From the NCBI GenBank assembly GCA_965203515.1, contig OZ241907.1, positions 2,816,001-2,880,000 on the forward strand: a stretch of DNA of 64,000 nt. The letters run 5' to 3'. The notes under the pieces are model-generated. The model ran no database searches and was not told the DNA's origin. It saw only the letters and a program-made list of their open reading frames with translations. The DNA comes from Spirochaetia bacterium (GTDB taxonomy: Bacteria > Spirochaetota > Spirochaetia > SZUA-6 > Bin103). Both the position numbers and the translations under genes were made by a program. This document shows positions 28,227 through 37,252 of the stretch, in pieces (the stretch's first letter is position 1; every line of letters begins with the position of its first letter).

Positions 28227-29270
28227 ATGAAAGCGGTTCTGTTCGAGAAGCCGTGGTCGATGCTGCTGGTCGACCTGCCGCAGCCGCGGCCGCGCGCCGG
28301 CGAGGTATTGCTGGCGGTCGAGGCGGTCGGCATCTGCGGCAGCGACGTCCACGGCTTCACCGGCGAGAGCGGCCGGCGCGCCCCGGACATGGTGATGGGT
28401 CACGAGGTGGGCGCCCGCGTCGCGGCGCTGGGGCCCGGCGCGGAGGGGCCGCCGGTCGGCACGCCGGTCGCCCTGTACAACGTGATCGCCGGCCACGCGC
28501 CGAGCCCGGCGGAAGGCGATCCCAGCTTCCTGAACAAGCAGGTGATCGGCGTCAATCTGGCGCATCGCGGCGCCATGGCCGAGTACGTCGCCGTGCCCGC
28601 CGGCAACGCCATCCCCATCGCGCCCGGGGTCGGGTCCGATGTCGCCGCGTTGGCCGAGCCGGTGGCGGTGGCGGGCCACGCCTTCGACCGCCTGGCCGCG
28701 CACGGCCGCGAGCCGGGGCGGCTGGCCATCCTGGGCGCCGGCACCATCGGCCTGTGCGCCGCCATGACCGGCCGCCGACGCGGCTTCTCACCGATCGTGG
28801 TGCTGGACACGGCGGCGGCCAAGGCGGCGTCCGCCGCCGGCTTCGATGCGATCCCGTACCATCTGCAGGCGGGCGAGGAGCCGGCGGCTACCGCGCAGGC
28901 GGTGGAAGCGGCGCTGGGCGGGCGTCCGTCGGCGGTCGTCGATGCGGTCGGCACCGGCCCGTCGTTCGATCTGGCCTTTCAGCTCTGCCGGCCGGACGCG
29001 GCGCTGCTGGCGATCGGCAACCTGGCCAGGGAGGTGCGCCTGCCGCTGCAGGACATGGTCTCCGACGAGGTGTCGGTGATCGGCAGCTACGGGTTCGACC
29101 GTTCCGCCTTCCAGGCGAGCGTGGACGTCCTGCCGGAGCTGGCCGACCGGCTGGGCACGTTCATCGAGGCCCGCTGCACACTGGACGAGGTGCCGGCGGT
29201 GATGGCCGCGCTGGCGCGCGGCGCGCGGCAGGAACGGAAGGTTATCATCGACGTGGTGCGGGAGGAGTGA
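28227..29270 (+). CDS. Zn-dependent alcohol dehydrogenase family (sugar/polyol dehydrogenase-like)
   Basis: GICGSD, GHE, GAGTIG; no structural-zinc cysteines. Confidence 0.85.
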   Translation: MKAVLFEKPWSMLLVDLPQPRPRAGEVLLAVEAVGICGSDVHGFTGESGRRAPDMVMGHEVGARVAALGPGAEGPPVGTPVALYNVIAGHAPSPAEGDPSFLNKQVIGVNLAHRGAMAEYVAVPAGNAIPIAPGVGSDVAALAEPVAVAGHAFDRLAAHGREPGRLAILGAGTIGLCAAMTGRRRGFSPIVVLDTAAAKAASAAGFDAIPYHLQAGEEPAATAQAVEAALGGRPSAVVDAVGTGPSFDLAFQLCRPDAALLAIGNLAREVRLPLQDMVSDEVSVIGSYGFDRSAFQASVDVLPELADRLGTFIEARCTLDEVPAVMAALARGARQERKVIIDVVREE

Positions 29271-29275
29271 GGAAC

Positions 29276-30214
29276 ATGGACGATCTACGCGTAGCTTTGA
29301 TCGGATGCGGCGGCCGCGGGCGCGGCCACGCGCGCCACTTTGCCGCGATCGACGGCGCCGCGATGGCGGCGGTGTGCGATCCGGACGCGGCGCGGCGCGG
29401 CGCGGCGGCTGCCGAGCTGGGCGGCGTCGCTGCCTACGCGGAGCCGGAGCGGATGCTGGCAGCCGAGTCCCCGGACGCGGTGGTGATCGCCGTGCCGCCG
29501 GAGTTCAACGCCCCGGTGGCGCAGGTCTGCCTGGAGGCGGGCGTCGCTACCCTGTTGGAAAAGCCGCCGGGGCTGCGCGTCGCGGAGACTCGCCGCCTGC
29601 TGGAGGCGGCCGAGCGCTCGGGCGCCCGCTGCATGGTCGGCCTCAACCGCCGCTTCAACCCGGTGATCGGCGAGGCGGCGCGGCTGGTGCGGGAACGCGG
29701 CCCGCTCACCACGATCGTCGGCGAGTTCCACAAGAACCTCGTCGATATCGAGCGACGCGGCATCCTGAAGTCTCCGGTGCTGGCACGGTTCTTCTACGAG
29801 ACGCCGCTGCATGCGCTGGACTGCGTGCGCGCCCTGGCCGACTCGCCGGTGGCCGAGGTGCACGGCTTCTCCGGGAGCTTCTTCTCGCAGTACCGCGACG
29901 TCTACGGGGCGCTCATCCTGTTCGAGAGCGGCTGCGTGGCGCATCTGATCGCCAACGTCACCGCCGGCGCGCGGCTGGAGCGCTACGAGCTGCACGGCCG
30001 CGGGGCTTCCGCCTATCTGGAGGGCGTCCGCGGCGGGAACGTGGTGATCGACGGGCAGGTGACCGAGCTGGCCACTACCGGCGACCGCAGCACGGCCGAC
30101 CAGAACCGCTATTTCATCGATCGCCTGCGCGACCGCCGCCCGTTCGGCCCGCCCGCCTGCGACCTGCGCGAGGCGGTGATCAGCATGGAGCTGGTAGAGA
30201 AGCTGTTCGGCTGA
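29276..30214 (+). CDS. Gfo/Idh/MocA family oxidoreductase
   Basis: IGCGGRG, LEKPPG, GLNRRF; GAGG RBS. Confidence 0.88.
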   Translation: MDDLRVALIGCGGRGRGHARHFAAIDGAAMAAVCDPDAARRGAAAAELGGVAAYAEPERMLAAESPDAVVIAVPPEFNAPVAQVCLEAGVATLLEKPPGLRVAETRRLLEAAERSGARCMVGLNRRFNPVIGEAARLVRERGPLTTIVGEFHKNLVDIERRGILKSPVLARFFYETPLHALDCVRALADSPVAEVHGFSGSFFSQYRDVYGALILFESGCVAHLIANVTAGARLERYELHGRGASAYLEGVRGGNVVIDGQVTELATTGDRSTADQNRYFIDRLRDRRPFGPPACDLREAVISMELVEKLFG

Positions 30215-30240
30215 AAGACGGACCGGCCCGCGGCCTGCCG

Positions 30241-31119
30241 CTACGCGAAATGTTCGGGAGGTTGAGCGCGCAGCCCCGAATCGGCGACCCGGTACAACTC
30301 GCCTCCAAAGAAGGTGACGTACAGGTCGGTGAGATCGGCGCCGCCGAAAGTGCAGTTCGTGGGGCGGTCGGCCGGCGTCCGATGGGCGGCGACCGGCAGG
30401 CCCTTGGCGTCGAAGACGTAGACCGCCGGCCCCGGACCGCGCTCGCGATGGCCGGCGGTGGCCACGATCAGCCCGCCCGCCGCCCGGCACATGCCGTCCA
30501 CGCCGCGGCCGGCACCGAAGTCGTGCAGCAGCGTATAGTCGCCCAGGCTGCCGTCCGTGCGGATCGGATAGGCGCGCAACTGCCGGCGCTGATCGAGCCG
30601 CCGCGGACTTTCGGCCACGTACAGGACCGACTGATCGGCCGACAACAGCACGCCGTTGGGGCGGTTGGTGTTTGTGGTGACCTCCGTGACGGTCCATCCC
30701 GAGGCGGCGGGATCGGCGCGGTAGACCGACTCGCGCGGCTGCGCGCGGGGCCGCTCCCCGTAATTGGGATCGCTGAACCAGATGCGGCCGGCGGCGTCGA
30801 CCGCCAGGTCGTTCGGCTCGTTGAAGGGCGCCCCGGCATACGAATCGGCGATCACCTCGGTCGGCTGGCCGGCCGCGTAGCGCACCACCCGCCGCGCCCG
30901 GCCCTCGCAGGCGTAGTAGCGGCCGGCGGCGTCGAAGGTCGTGCCGTTGGCGCCGCCGGTCGACTCCCGCCAGACCTCGCGCCTGCCGTCGGCCGGCGTG
31001 TAGCGCCAGACTCGGTCCGCGTCGATCTCCGTGTAGCGCAGCCCTTCACCGTCCCAGGCCGGCCCCTCGGTGATCACCGAGTGCTCGGCGATCGGTTCCC
31101 ACGTCCACGTGTCCCCCAT
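30241..31119 (-). CDS. SMP-30/gluconolactonase family protein
   Basis: EGPAW, NG, PND, FSDP, RPNG, DGM, TNCTFGG. Confidence 0.88.
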   Translation of the reverse strand: MGDTWTWEPIAEHSVITEGPAWDGEGLRYTEIDADRVWRYTPADGRREVWRESTGGANGTTFDAAGRYYACEGRARRVVRYAAGQPTEVIADSYAGAPFNEPNDLAVDAAGRIWFSDPNYGERPRAQPRESVYRADPAASGWTVTEVTTNTNRPNGVLLSADQSVLYVAESPRRLDQRRQLRAYPIRTDGSLGDYTLLHDFGAGRGVDGMCRAAGGLIVATAGHRERGPGPAVYVFDAKGLPVAAHRTPADRPTNCTFGGADLTDLYVTFFGGELYRVADSGLRAQPPEHFA

Positions 31120-31143
31120 CGCGCCGGATGATAGCATGCTCCG

Positions 31144-32412
31144 GTGTCGAAGAAGCGGGTCGATCTGGCGTACGGGCGCGACGGGCTCACCATCGCGGTG
31201 CCGGACCGCGCGGAGGTGGTGCTGCCCCGTCCGGTCGCCGGGGTCGCCGACGAGCCGGCGGCGATCGACGCCGCTCTGTCCGCGCCGATCGGCGCGCCGC
31301 CGCTGGCCGATCTGGCGGCCGGCACGCGGCGCGTGGTGGTGACTCACTCCGACATCACCCGCGCCACGCCCAACGACCGCATCCTGCCGGTGTTGCTGCG
31401 GGCGCTCGAAGCGGCGGGGGTGGCGCGCCGGGACATCACGCTGCTCAACGCCCTGGGCACCCACCGCCGGCAGACGGCGCAGGAGCTGCGGCGGATGCTG
31501 GGCGCGGGCGTGGTCGAGCGCTACCGGTGCGAGCAGCACGACGCCTGGGACGACACAGCGCTGGTCGCGGCCGGTACCACCAGCCGCGGCAACGCCGTCC
31601 GGCTCAACCGCGCGGTGATGGAGGCGGACCTGGTGATCTTCACCGGCTTCATCGAGCCGCACTTCTTCGCCGGCTTCTCCGGCGGTCCCAAGGGCGCATT
31701 GCCGGCCCTGGCCGGCAGCGAGAGCGTGTTGACCAACCACGGCTACGCCATGATCGGCGACCCGCGCGCCACCTGGGGGATCACGGAAGGCAATCCGATC
31801 TGGGAAGAGATGCGGGAGGCGGCGGCGCTGATCGAGCCGCTGTTCCTGCTCAACGTGACCCTGAACGCGCAGGGGCGGATCACCGGCGTGTTCGCCGGCG
31901 ACGTGGTGGCCGCGCACCGGCGCGGCTGCGACTTCGTGCGCGAGAGCGCCATGGCGGCGGTGGACGAGCCGTTCGACGCGGTGGTCACCACCAACAGCGG
32001 CTACCCGCTGGACCAGAACCTGTACCAGACCGTGAAGGGGATGCAGGCGGCGCGCGGCATCGTGCGCGCCGGCGGCGCCATCGTGCTGGCGGCGGAGTGC
32101 GCCGACGGGCTGCCCGGCCACGGCCGCTACGCGGAGCTGCTGGCCGAAGCCGGATCGCCGGACGCCGTGCTGGAGATGCTCCGGCGGCCCGGCTTCTCCG
32201 CGCAGGATCAGTGGCAGGTGCAGATACAGGCGCAGATACAGCGCCACGCGGACGTCTACGTCTACAGCGACGGCCTCGGCGATGCGGAGATCCGCGCCGC
32301 CCTGCTCACCCCGATCCGCGACATCGAAGCCACGTTGGAGGAGCTCCGACCCGAACGGCTGTGCGTCCTGCCCCAGGGCCCGCTCACCATCGCCTACCTG
32401 AACCCGGCCTGA
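31144..32412 (+). CDS. larA: Nickel-dependent lactate racemase family protein
   Basis: SDITRATPN, LGTHR, HD, EPHFFAGFSGGPK, GYPLDQNLYQTVKG. Confidence 0.88.
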   Translation: MSKKRVDLAYGRDGLTIAVPDRAEVVLPRPVAGVADEPAAIDAALSAPIGAPPLADLAAGTRRVVVTHSDITRATPNDRILPVLLRALEAAGVARRDITLLNALGTHRRQTAQELRRMLGAGVVERYRCEQHDAWDDTALVAAGTTSRGNAVRLNRAVMEADLVIFTGFIEPHFFAGFSGGPKGALPALAGSESVLTNHGYAMIGDPRATWGITEGNPIWEEMREAAALIEPLFLLNVTLNAQGRITGVFAGDVVAAHRRGCDFVRESAMAAVDEPFDAVVTTNSGYPLDQNLYQTVKGMQAARGIVRAGGAIVLAAECADGLPGHGRYAELLAEAGSPDAVLEMLRRPGFSAQDQWQVQIQAQIQRHADVYVYSDGLGDAEIRAALLTPIRDIEATLEELRPERLCVLPQGPLTIAYLNPA

Positions 32413-32444
32413 CAGATTGGCTCAGGCTCTCCGACTCGGCAGCC

Positions 32445-32852
32445 TTAGACGATGAAGTTGTAGACCGTCATCAGGATACCGAGTAACGCGAAGCCGCCGC
32501 CGACCATCCACTGCATCCCGCTGAACCGCTTGTTCATGTCTACGAACCGTTCGTTCATGTCCTCGAACCGCCTGTTCACGTCATCGAATCGCTTGTTCAT
32601 GTCCTCGAACCGCACGTCGACCGCGTTGAAGCGGGCCTCCATCAGCTCACGCTGCGCTTTGAGCTCGTGTTGCTGTACGACCAGCTGTTGCTCGATCCGC
32701 TCGATGCGTTCCAGGGTCTGCGGCACGGCCAGGACGTTCGGCGCCACCTCCGCGAGCCAGCCGTACATCTGGCCCTTCACGTAGTCGCCGATCCGTCGCA
32801 GATCGGCGTCGTCGAGCCCCATCCCCGCCTCACTCATCGTCGTCATCATCAT
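32445..32852 (-). CDS. Small coiled-coil protein with C-terminal TM helix (Bdr/DUF1640-like), paralogue 2
   Basis: Same architecture as 27799-28128 with four RF(E/D/V)D(M/V)N heptads; true start may be 32837 or 32822. Confidence 0.7.
   Translation of the reverse strand: MMMTTMSEAGMGLDDADLRRIGDYVKGQMYGWLAEVAPNVLAVPQTLERIERIEQQLVVQQHELKAQRELMEARFNAVDVRFEDMNKRFDDVNRRFEDMNERFVDMNKRFSGMQWMVGGGFALLGILMTVYNFIV
32526..32609. repeat. Four imperfect 21-bp tandem repeats encoding heptads
   Basis: ccgcttgttcatgtctacgaa / ccgttcgttcatgtcctcgaa / ccgcctgttcacgtcatcgaa / tcgcttgttcatgtcctcgaa. Confidence 0.85.
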
Positions 32853-32973
32853 ACATCACGCAAGGAACAACGCGCACGCCGACCGCCGCGCTTCAATCCG
32901 GCGTACACGTCAGCCTGACAAAGAGCCCGGCCCTTATATTCGTCTGCCGGCAGCGTGACGACGCTACTTCCTT

Positions 32974-33104
32974 CGGCGCCGGGGATGCTATCTTCGGCCG
33001 GCACGATGCCGGACACCCGGACCGTCTGCCGGCCGCCCTTGACATTCGCTCCTTGGCGTCTGCTACTGCCGCGTGATGCCTGACCGGGACGCCGCCGCCG
33101 GCGC
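32974..33104 (+). repeat. Direct repeat copy 1 (~130 bp: upstream region plus first codons)
   Basis: Near-identical to 33727-33867 (cggcgccggggatgctatcttcg...cttgacattcgc...tgctactgccgcgtgatg...gaccgggacgccgc). Confidence 0.9.
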
Positions 33105-33693
33105 GTCGATCACCGACGGCATCGAGCCGCAGCACGTCGAGGACGCGCTGCGCATCGTCCACGAAGCGTTCGCTCGGAAGCTGCGCCACGGCTTCCGCGA
33201 CGCCGACGACCTGGTGCGTCTGTTCCACGACTCCGTGGAGCGGACCAACTGCCATTCCGCAGTCGTCGACGGCCGCTGCCTCGGACTGCTGACGTTCGCC
33301 GTGACGGGCCGCGAGTTCTACCGACTGCGCGCAGCCGCTCTGTTCAGCCGATTTTCTCCCTGGCGCGCGCTTCGCATGCTGTTCAACGGCTTGCTGCTGA
33401 TACACACGCCAGCGCCCGACGAGTATTACGTGGAGTCGATCTCGGTCGCGCCCGCGGCGCGCGGGTTGGGGCTGGGAGCGGCGCTGATGCGGCGGGCGGA
33501 GGAGCAGGCGGTCGCTATGGGCAAGCGCCGGATGTCGCTGAACGTGATCGGGGAGAATGAAGGGGCGATTCGGCTGTACGAGCGTCTGGGCTATCGGATC
33601 ACCCGGACGCAGCGGGGCTCTTTGGTTCGGCTCGCGACCGGTTCGGAGATCGTCCACCGGATGGAGAAGCCGCTGGCCTCTGACGGCGGCTAG
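33073..33693 (+). CDS. GNAT family N-acetyltransferase
   Basis: YVESISVAPAARGLGLG, N..AIRLYERLGY. Confidence 0.88.
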   Translation: MMPDRDAAAGASITDGIEPQHVEDALRIVHEAFARKLRHGFRDADDLVRLFHDSVERTNCHSAVVDGRCLGLLTFAVTGREFYRLRAAALFSRFSPWRALRMLFNGLLLIHTPAPDEYYVESISVAPAARGLGLGAALMRRAEEQAVAMGKRRMSLNVIGENEGAIRLYERLGYRITRTQRGSLVRLATGSEIVHRMEKPLASDGG

Positions 33694-33726
33694 AGATAGA
33701 CGGCGGCTAGGGTCTGTCTACACTAC

Positions 33727-33867
33727 CGGCGCCGGGGATGCTATCTTCGTCCGGCACGATGCCGGACACCCGGACCGTCCGCCGGCCGCCCTTGACATTC
33801 GCATCCTTGACGCCTGCTACTGCCGCGTGATGTCCGACCGGGACGCCGCTCCCGCCGCCGCCGGCGC
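33727..33867 (+). repeat. Direct repeat copy 2, at the helicase 5' end
   Basis: See 32974-33104. Confidence 0.9.
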
Positions 33868-36800
33868 CATCGTGGACAACGTGCGCCGCCGGGTGGGGGA
33901 CGTGCTGCGCGAGCACGTCGACGCCGGCGCGCGGCTGTCGATCGTGTCCGCCTACTTCACCATCTACGCCTTTGCGGAGCTGCGCGACGCGCTGCGGCAG
34001 GCGGCCCATACCCGCTTCCTCTACGGCGAGCCGCGCGGCGTGGGCCGGATCGACCCGTCCGCCGAGGAAGCCAAGGCGTTCCGCCTGACCGAGGACGGCG
34101 GCATCGATCTGCAGCGCGCGCTGGCGCAGAAGCCGCTCGCCCGAGCCTGCGCCGAGTGGATCGAGCGGAGCGTCGATATCCGCACCGTCACTCAGGCCAA
34201 CTTCCTGCACGGCAAGCTCTACCACGTAGCGGGTGGCGGCGGCGACGGCGCCGACGCGGCCCTGATCGGCAGCTCCAACTTCACGCGGCGCGGCCTGGGC
34301 TACGGCGCGGCGCCCAACCTGGAACTCAATCTCGAGGTCACCCCCGCCGCCGACCGCGCCGCCCTGCTGGCCTGGTTCGACGAGCTGTGGCGGGACGAGT
34401 CCCGCACCGCGGACGCCAAGCAGCAGGTGCTGGCGGCGCTGGAACGGATCGGCCGCCCCTACGCGCCGCGCTTCGTCTACTACAAGACCCTGTTCCACGT
34501 GTTCGAGGAGTGGCTGGCCGAACGCGGCGCGCGCGCCGGCCTGCTGCACGACGTCCATCTCTACGACACGGCGGTCTGGAACCGCCTCTACCAGTTCCAG
34601 CGGGACGGCGCGACCAGCGCCATCAACCGCCTGCTGCGGCACAACGGCTGCATCGTCGCCGACAGCGTCGGCCTCGGAAAGACCTGGACCGCGCTGGCCG
34701 TGATCAAGTTCTTCGAGCTGCGCAACGAACGGGTGCTGGTGCTGTGCCCGAACCGGCTGCAGGACAACTGGCTGCGCTACGCCGCCTGGGCCGGCCGGGC
34801 CAACAACCCGTTCGCGCCGGATCGCTTCAACTACACCGTGCTCGCGCACACCGACCTGAGCCGCCAATCCGGCCGCGCCGGGCAGATCGACCTGGCCAAC
34901 TTCAACTGGGGGGCGTTCGATCTGGTCGTGATCGACGAGTCGCACAACTTCCGCAACGAGGGGCGCGACCGCACCGACGAGGCGGGTAATGTCGTGCGCC
35001 GCAGCCGCTATAACCGACTGCTGGAGGAGGTGCTGAAGGACCGCGTGCGCAGCAAGGTCCTGATGCTGTCGGCCACGCCGGTCAACACCTCCCTGCGCGA
35101 CCTGCGCAATCAGATCTATCTGATGACCGAACGGCGGCAGGATGCGTTTCGGGAAGCGCTCGGCATCGACGATCTGCAGAGTCTGTTCGGGGTGGCGCAG
35201 CGCGAGTTCCAGCAGTGGGAGCAGCAACGCCGCGGCGCCACGGGCGACAAGGGAGGAGCGGCGGACAAGAACGCCCTCATCGCCCGCCTGGGCGCCGACT
35301 TCCTGGCGCTGCTCGATGCGGTCACCATCGCCCGCTCCCGCACCCACGTGCGCCGCTTCTACCCGCAGGTGCACGCCGCCATCGGCGGGTTCCCGCGGCG
35401 CGCCAAGCCGGAGAACCTGCATCCGCCGAGCGACCGCGCCGGCGAACTCTCCTACGACGACCTGCACCGCCGCATCGGCGCCTTCCGGCTGGCGGTCTAC
35501 AACCCGTCGCGCTACCTCAAGGACACCTCGGCCCTGGACCGTGAGAAGCAGCGGTACCGCTTCGATCAGCGCGACCGCGAGCGGTGGCTGATCGGCATGC
35601 TGCGGGTGAATCTGTTGAAGCGGCTGGAGAGCTCCGTGCACGCCTTCACGCTCTCCATGGGACGCATCATCGAGAAGATGGAGGACCTCGACCGGCGCCT
35701 CGCCGCCTGGCTGCAGGCCCCGCACCGTGCGCCGGAAACGCGCGACGACCGCCTCGAGGCGATCGAGGCGCTGCCCGACGAGGATGAGGAAGACGACGAG
35801 TTCGCGGTCGGCAGCGCGCGCCGCTATCGCCTGGCGGAACTGGACGCCGCGCGCTGGCGGCGCGACCTGCAGGAGGACTACCGGACCTTCGCGAGCCTGC
35901 ACCGCATGGCGCAGCGGGTCACGGTGGAACGCGACGCCAAGCTGGCCGAGCTGCGGCGGGTCCTGACCCGCAAGGTCACCCATCCCACCACCGACAAGGA
36001 CGGCCGGCGCAACCGCAAGGCGCTGGTCTTCACCTCCTTCGCGGACACCGCGCGCTATCTGTACGACCAGCTCGACGGCGCCATCGCCGGCGCGCGCCTG
36101 GCGCTGGTCACCGGCGGCGACGGCAACCGCCTCGGCGCGGCGCCGGCGCGGTTCGACGACATCCTGGAGCGCTTCGCGCCGCGGGCGCAGCAGCGCCGGA
36201 GCGACGGCGATGAGCGGTCGACGCCGGAGATCGACCTGCTGATCGCGACCGACTGCCTGTCGGAGGGGCAGAACCTGCAGGACTGCGACCTGGTGGTGAA
36301 CTACGACATCCACTGGAACCCGGTGCGGCTCATGCAGCGGTTCGGACGCATCGACCGGCTGGGCAGCCGCAACGAGCAGGTGGCGATGATCAACTTCTGG
36401 CCGACGCGCGATCTCGACCGCTACCTCGACCTCAGGAACCGCGTCGAGGCGCGCATGGCGCTGGCCGACGCCGCGGCCACCGGCCTGGACGATCCGCTGG
36501 CCGAGCCGCTGGCCGACGAGCCGGAGCGCGCCGCCCCGGCCGTGCAGGGGGAGCTGGCGTTCCGCGACGAGCAGCTCCTGCGCCTGCGCGAGGAGATTCT
36601 CGATCTGGAGCAGGCCGGCGACGGCGTGGCGCTGAGCGACCTGACGCTCGACGACTTCATCGCCGACCTGCTGCACTACGTGCAGCAGAACCGCGCCGCC
36701 CTCGAAGCCGCGCCGGCCGGCATCCATGCCGTGGTCGCGGCCGTCGCGGCCCGGCCCGCCGGCGAAGCCCGGCCGCCCGGCCCGCCGGCGCGGCCGGGGG

Positions 36801-37252
36801 CGATCTTCTGCCTCAAGCAGCGCGCCGACCCGCCCCACCGGACGCCGAACCTGCTGCAGCCCTACTACCTGGTCCACGTGCGCGGCGACGGGACCGTGCG
36901 CCATTCGTTCCGGCAGGCCCGGCAGTGCCTGACCCTGTTTCGGGAGCTCGCCGCCGGGCGCCCGCATCCCGCCGCGGCGCTGGAGGCCGCCTTCGACCGC
37001 GAGACCGCGCAGGGGCAGCGCATGGACCGGTACGAACGCCTGCTCGCCGCCGCCCTGGACGACATCGCCGCCACCTTCGGCAGCGCGGAGCGGCGCGCCC
37101 TCACCCGGCACCGCGGTGCCCGGCTCACCCGCCGCTCGGAGCGCCCGCGCGCGGCGCGTGACTTCGAGCTGATCACCTGGCTGGTGATCGCCGACCCGGC
37201 ACCGGAAGCGGCGGCGCCGGAAGCTGAAGCCGCGGCGGACGCCGATGGCTGA
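33830..37252 (+). CDS. SNF2-type helicase with N-terminal PLD-like nuclease domain
   Basis: LHGKLY...GSSNFT (PLD), ADSVGLGKT, DESH, LSATP, EGQNLQD, QRFGRIDR; start ATG 33830. Confidence 0.9.
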   Translation: MSDRDAAPAAAGAIVDNVRRRVGDVLREHVDAGARLSIVSAYFTIYAFAELRDALRQAAHTRFLYGEPRGVGRIDPSAEEAKAFRLTEDGGIDLQRALAQKPLARACAEWIERSVDIRTVTQANFLHGKLYHVAGGGGDGADAALIGSSNFTRRGLGYGAAPNLELNLEVTPAADRAALLAWFDELWRDESRTADAKQQVLAALERIGRPYAPRFVYYKTLFHVFEEWLAERGARAGLLHDVHLYDTAVWNRLYQFQRDGATSAINRLLRHNGCIVADSVGLGKTWTALAVIKFFELRNERVLVLCPNRLQDNWLRYAAWAGRANNPFAPDRFNYTVLAHTDLSRQSGRAGQIDLANFNWGAFDLVVIDESHNFRNEGRDRTDEAGNVVRRSRYNRLLEEVLKDRVRSKVLMLSATPVNTSLRDLRNQIYLMTERRQDAFREALGIDDLQSLFGVAQREFQQWEQQRRGATGDKGGAADKNALIARLGADFLALLDAVTIARSRTHVRRFYPQVHAAIGGFPRRAKPENLHPPSDRAGELSYDDLHRRIGAFRLAVYNPSRYLKDTSALDREKQRYRFDQRDRERWLIGMLRVNLLKRLESSVHAFTLSMGRIIEKMEDLDRRLAAWLQAPHRAPETRDDRLEAIEALPDEDEEDDEFAVGSARRYRLAELDAARWRRDLQEDYRTFASLHRMAQRVTVERDAKLAELRRVLTRKVTHPTTDKDGRRNRKALVFTSFADTARYLYDQLDGAIAGARLALVTGGDGNRLGAAPARFDDILERFAPRAQQRRSDGDERSTPEIDLLIATDCLSEGQNLQDCDLVVNYDIHWNPVRLMQRFGRIDRLGSRNEQVAMINFWPTRDLDRYLDLRNRVEARMALADAAATGLDDPLAEPLADEPERAAPAVQGELAFRDEQLLRLREEILDLEQAGDGVALSDLTLDDFIADLLHYVQQNRAALEAAPAGIHAVVAAVAARPAGEARPPGPPARPGAIFCLKQRADPPHRTPNLLQPYYLVHVRGDGTVRHSFRQARQCLTLFRELAAGRPHPAAALEAAFDRETAQGQRMDRYERLLAAALDDIAATFGSAERRALTRHRGARLTRRSERPRAARDFELITWLVIADPAPEAAAPEAEAAADADG

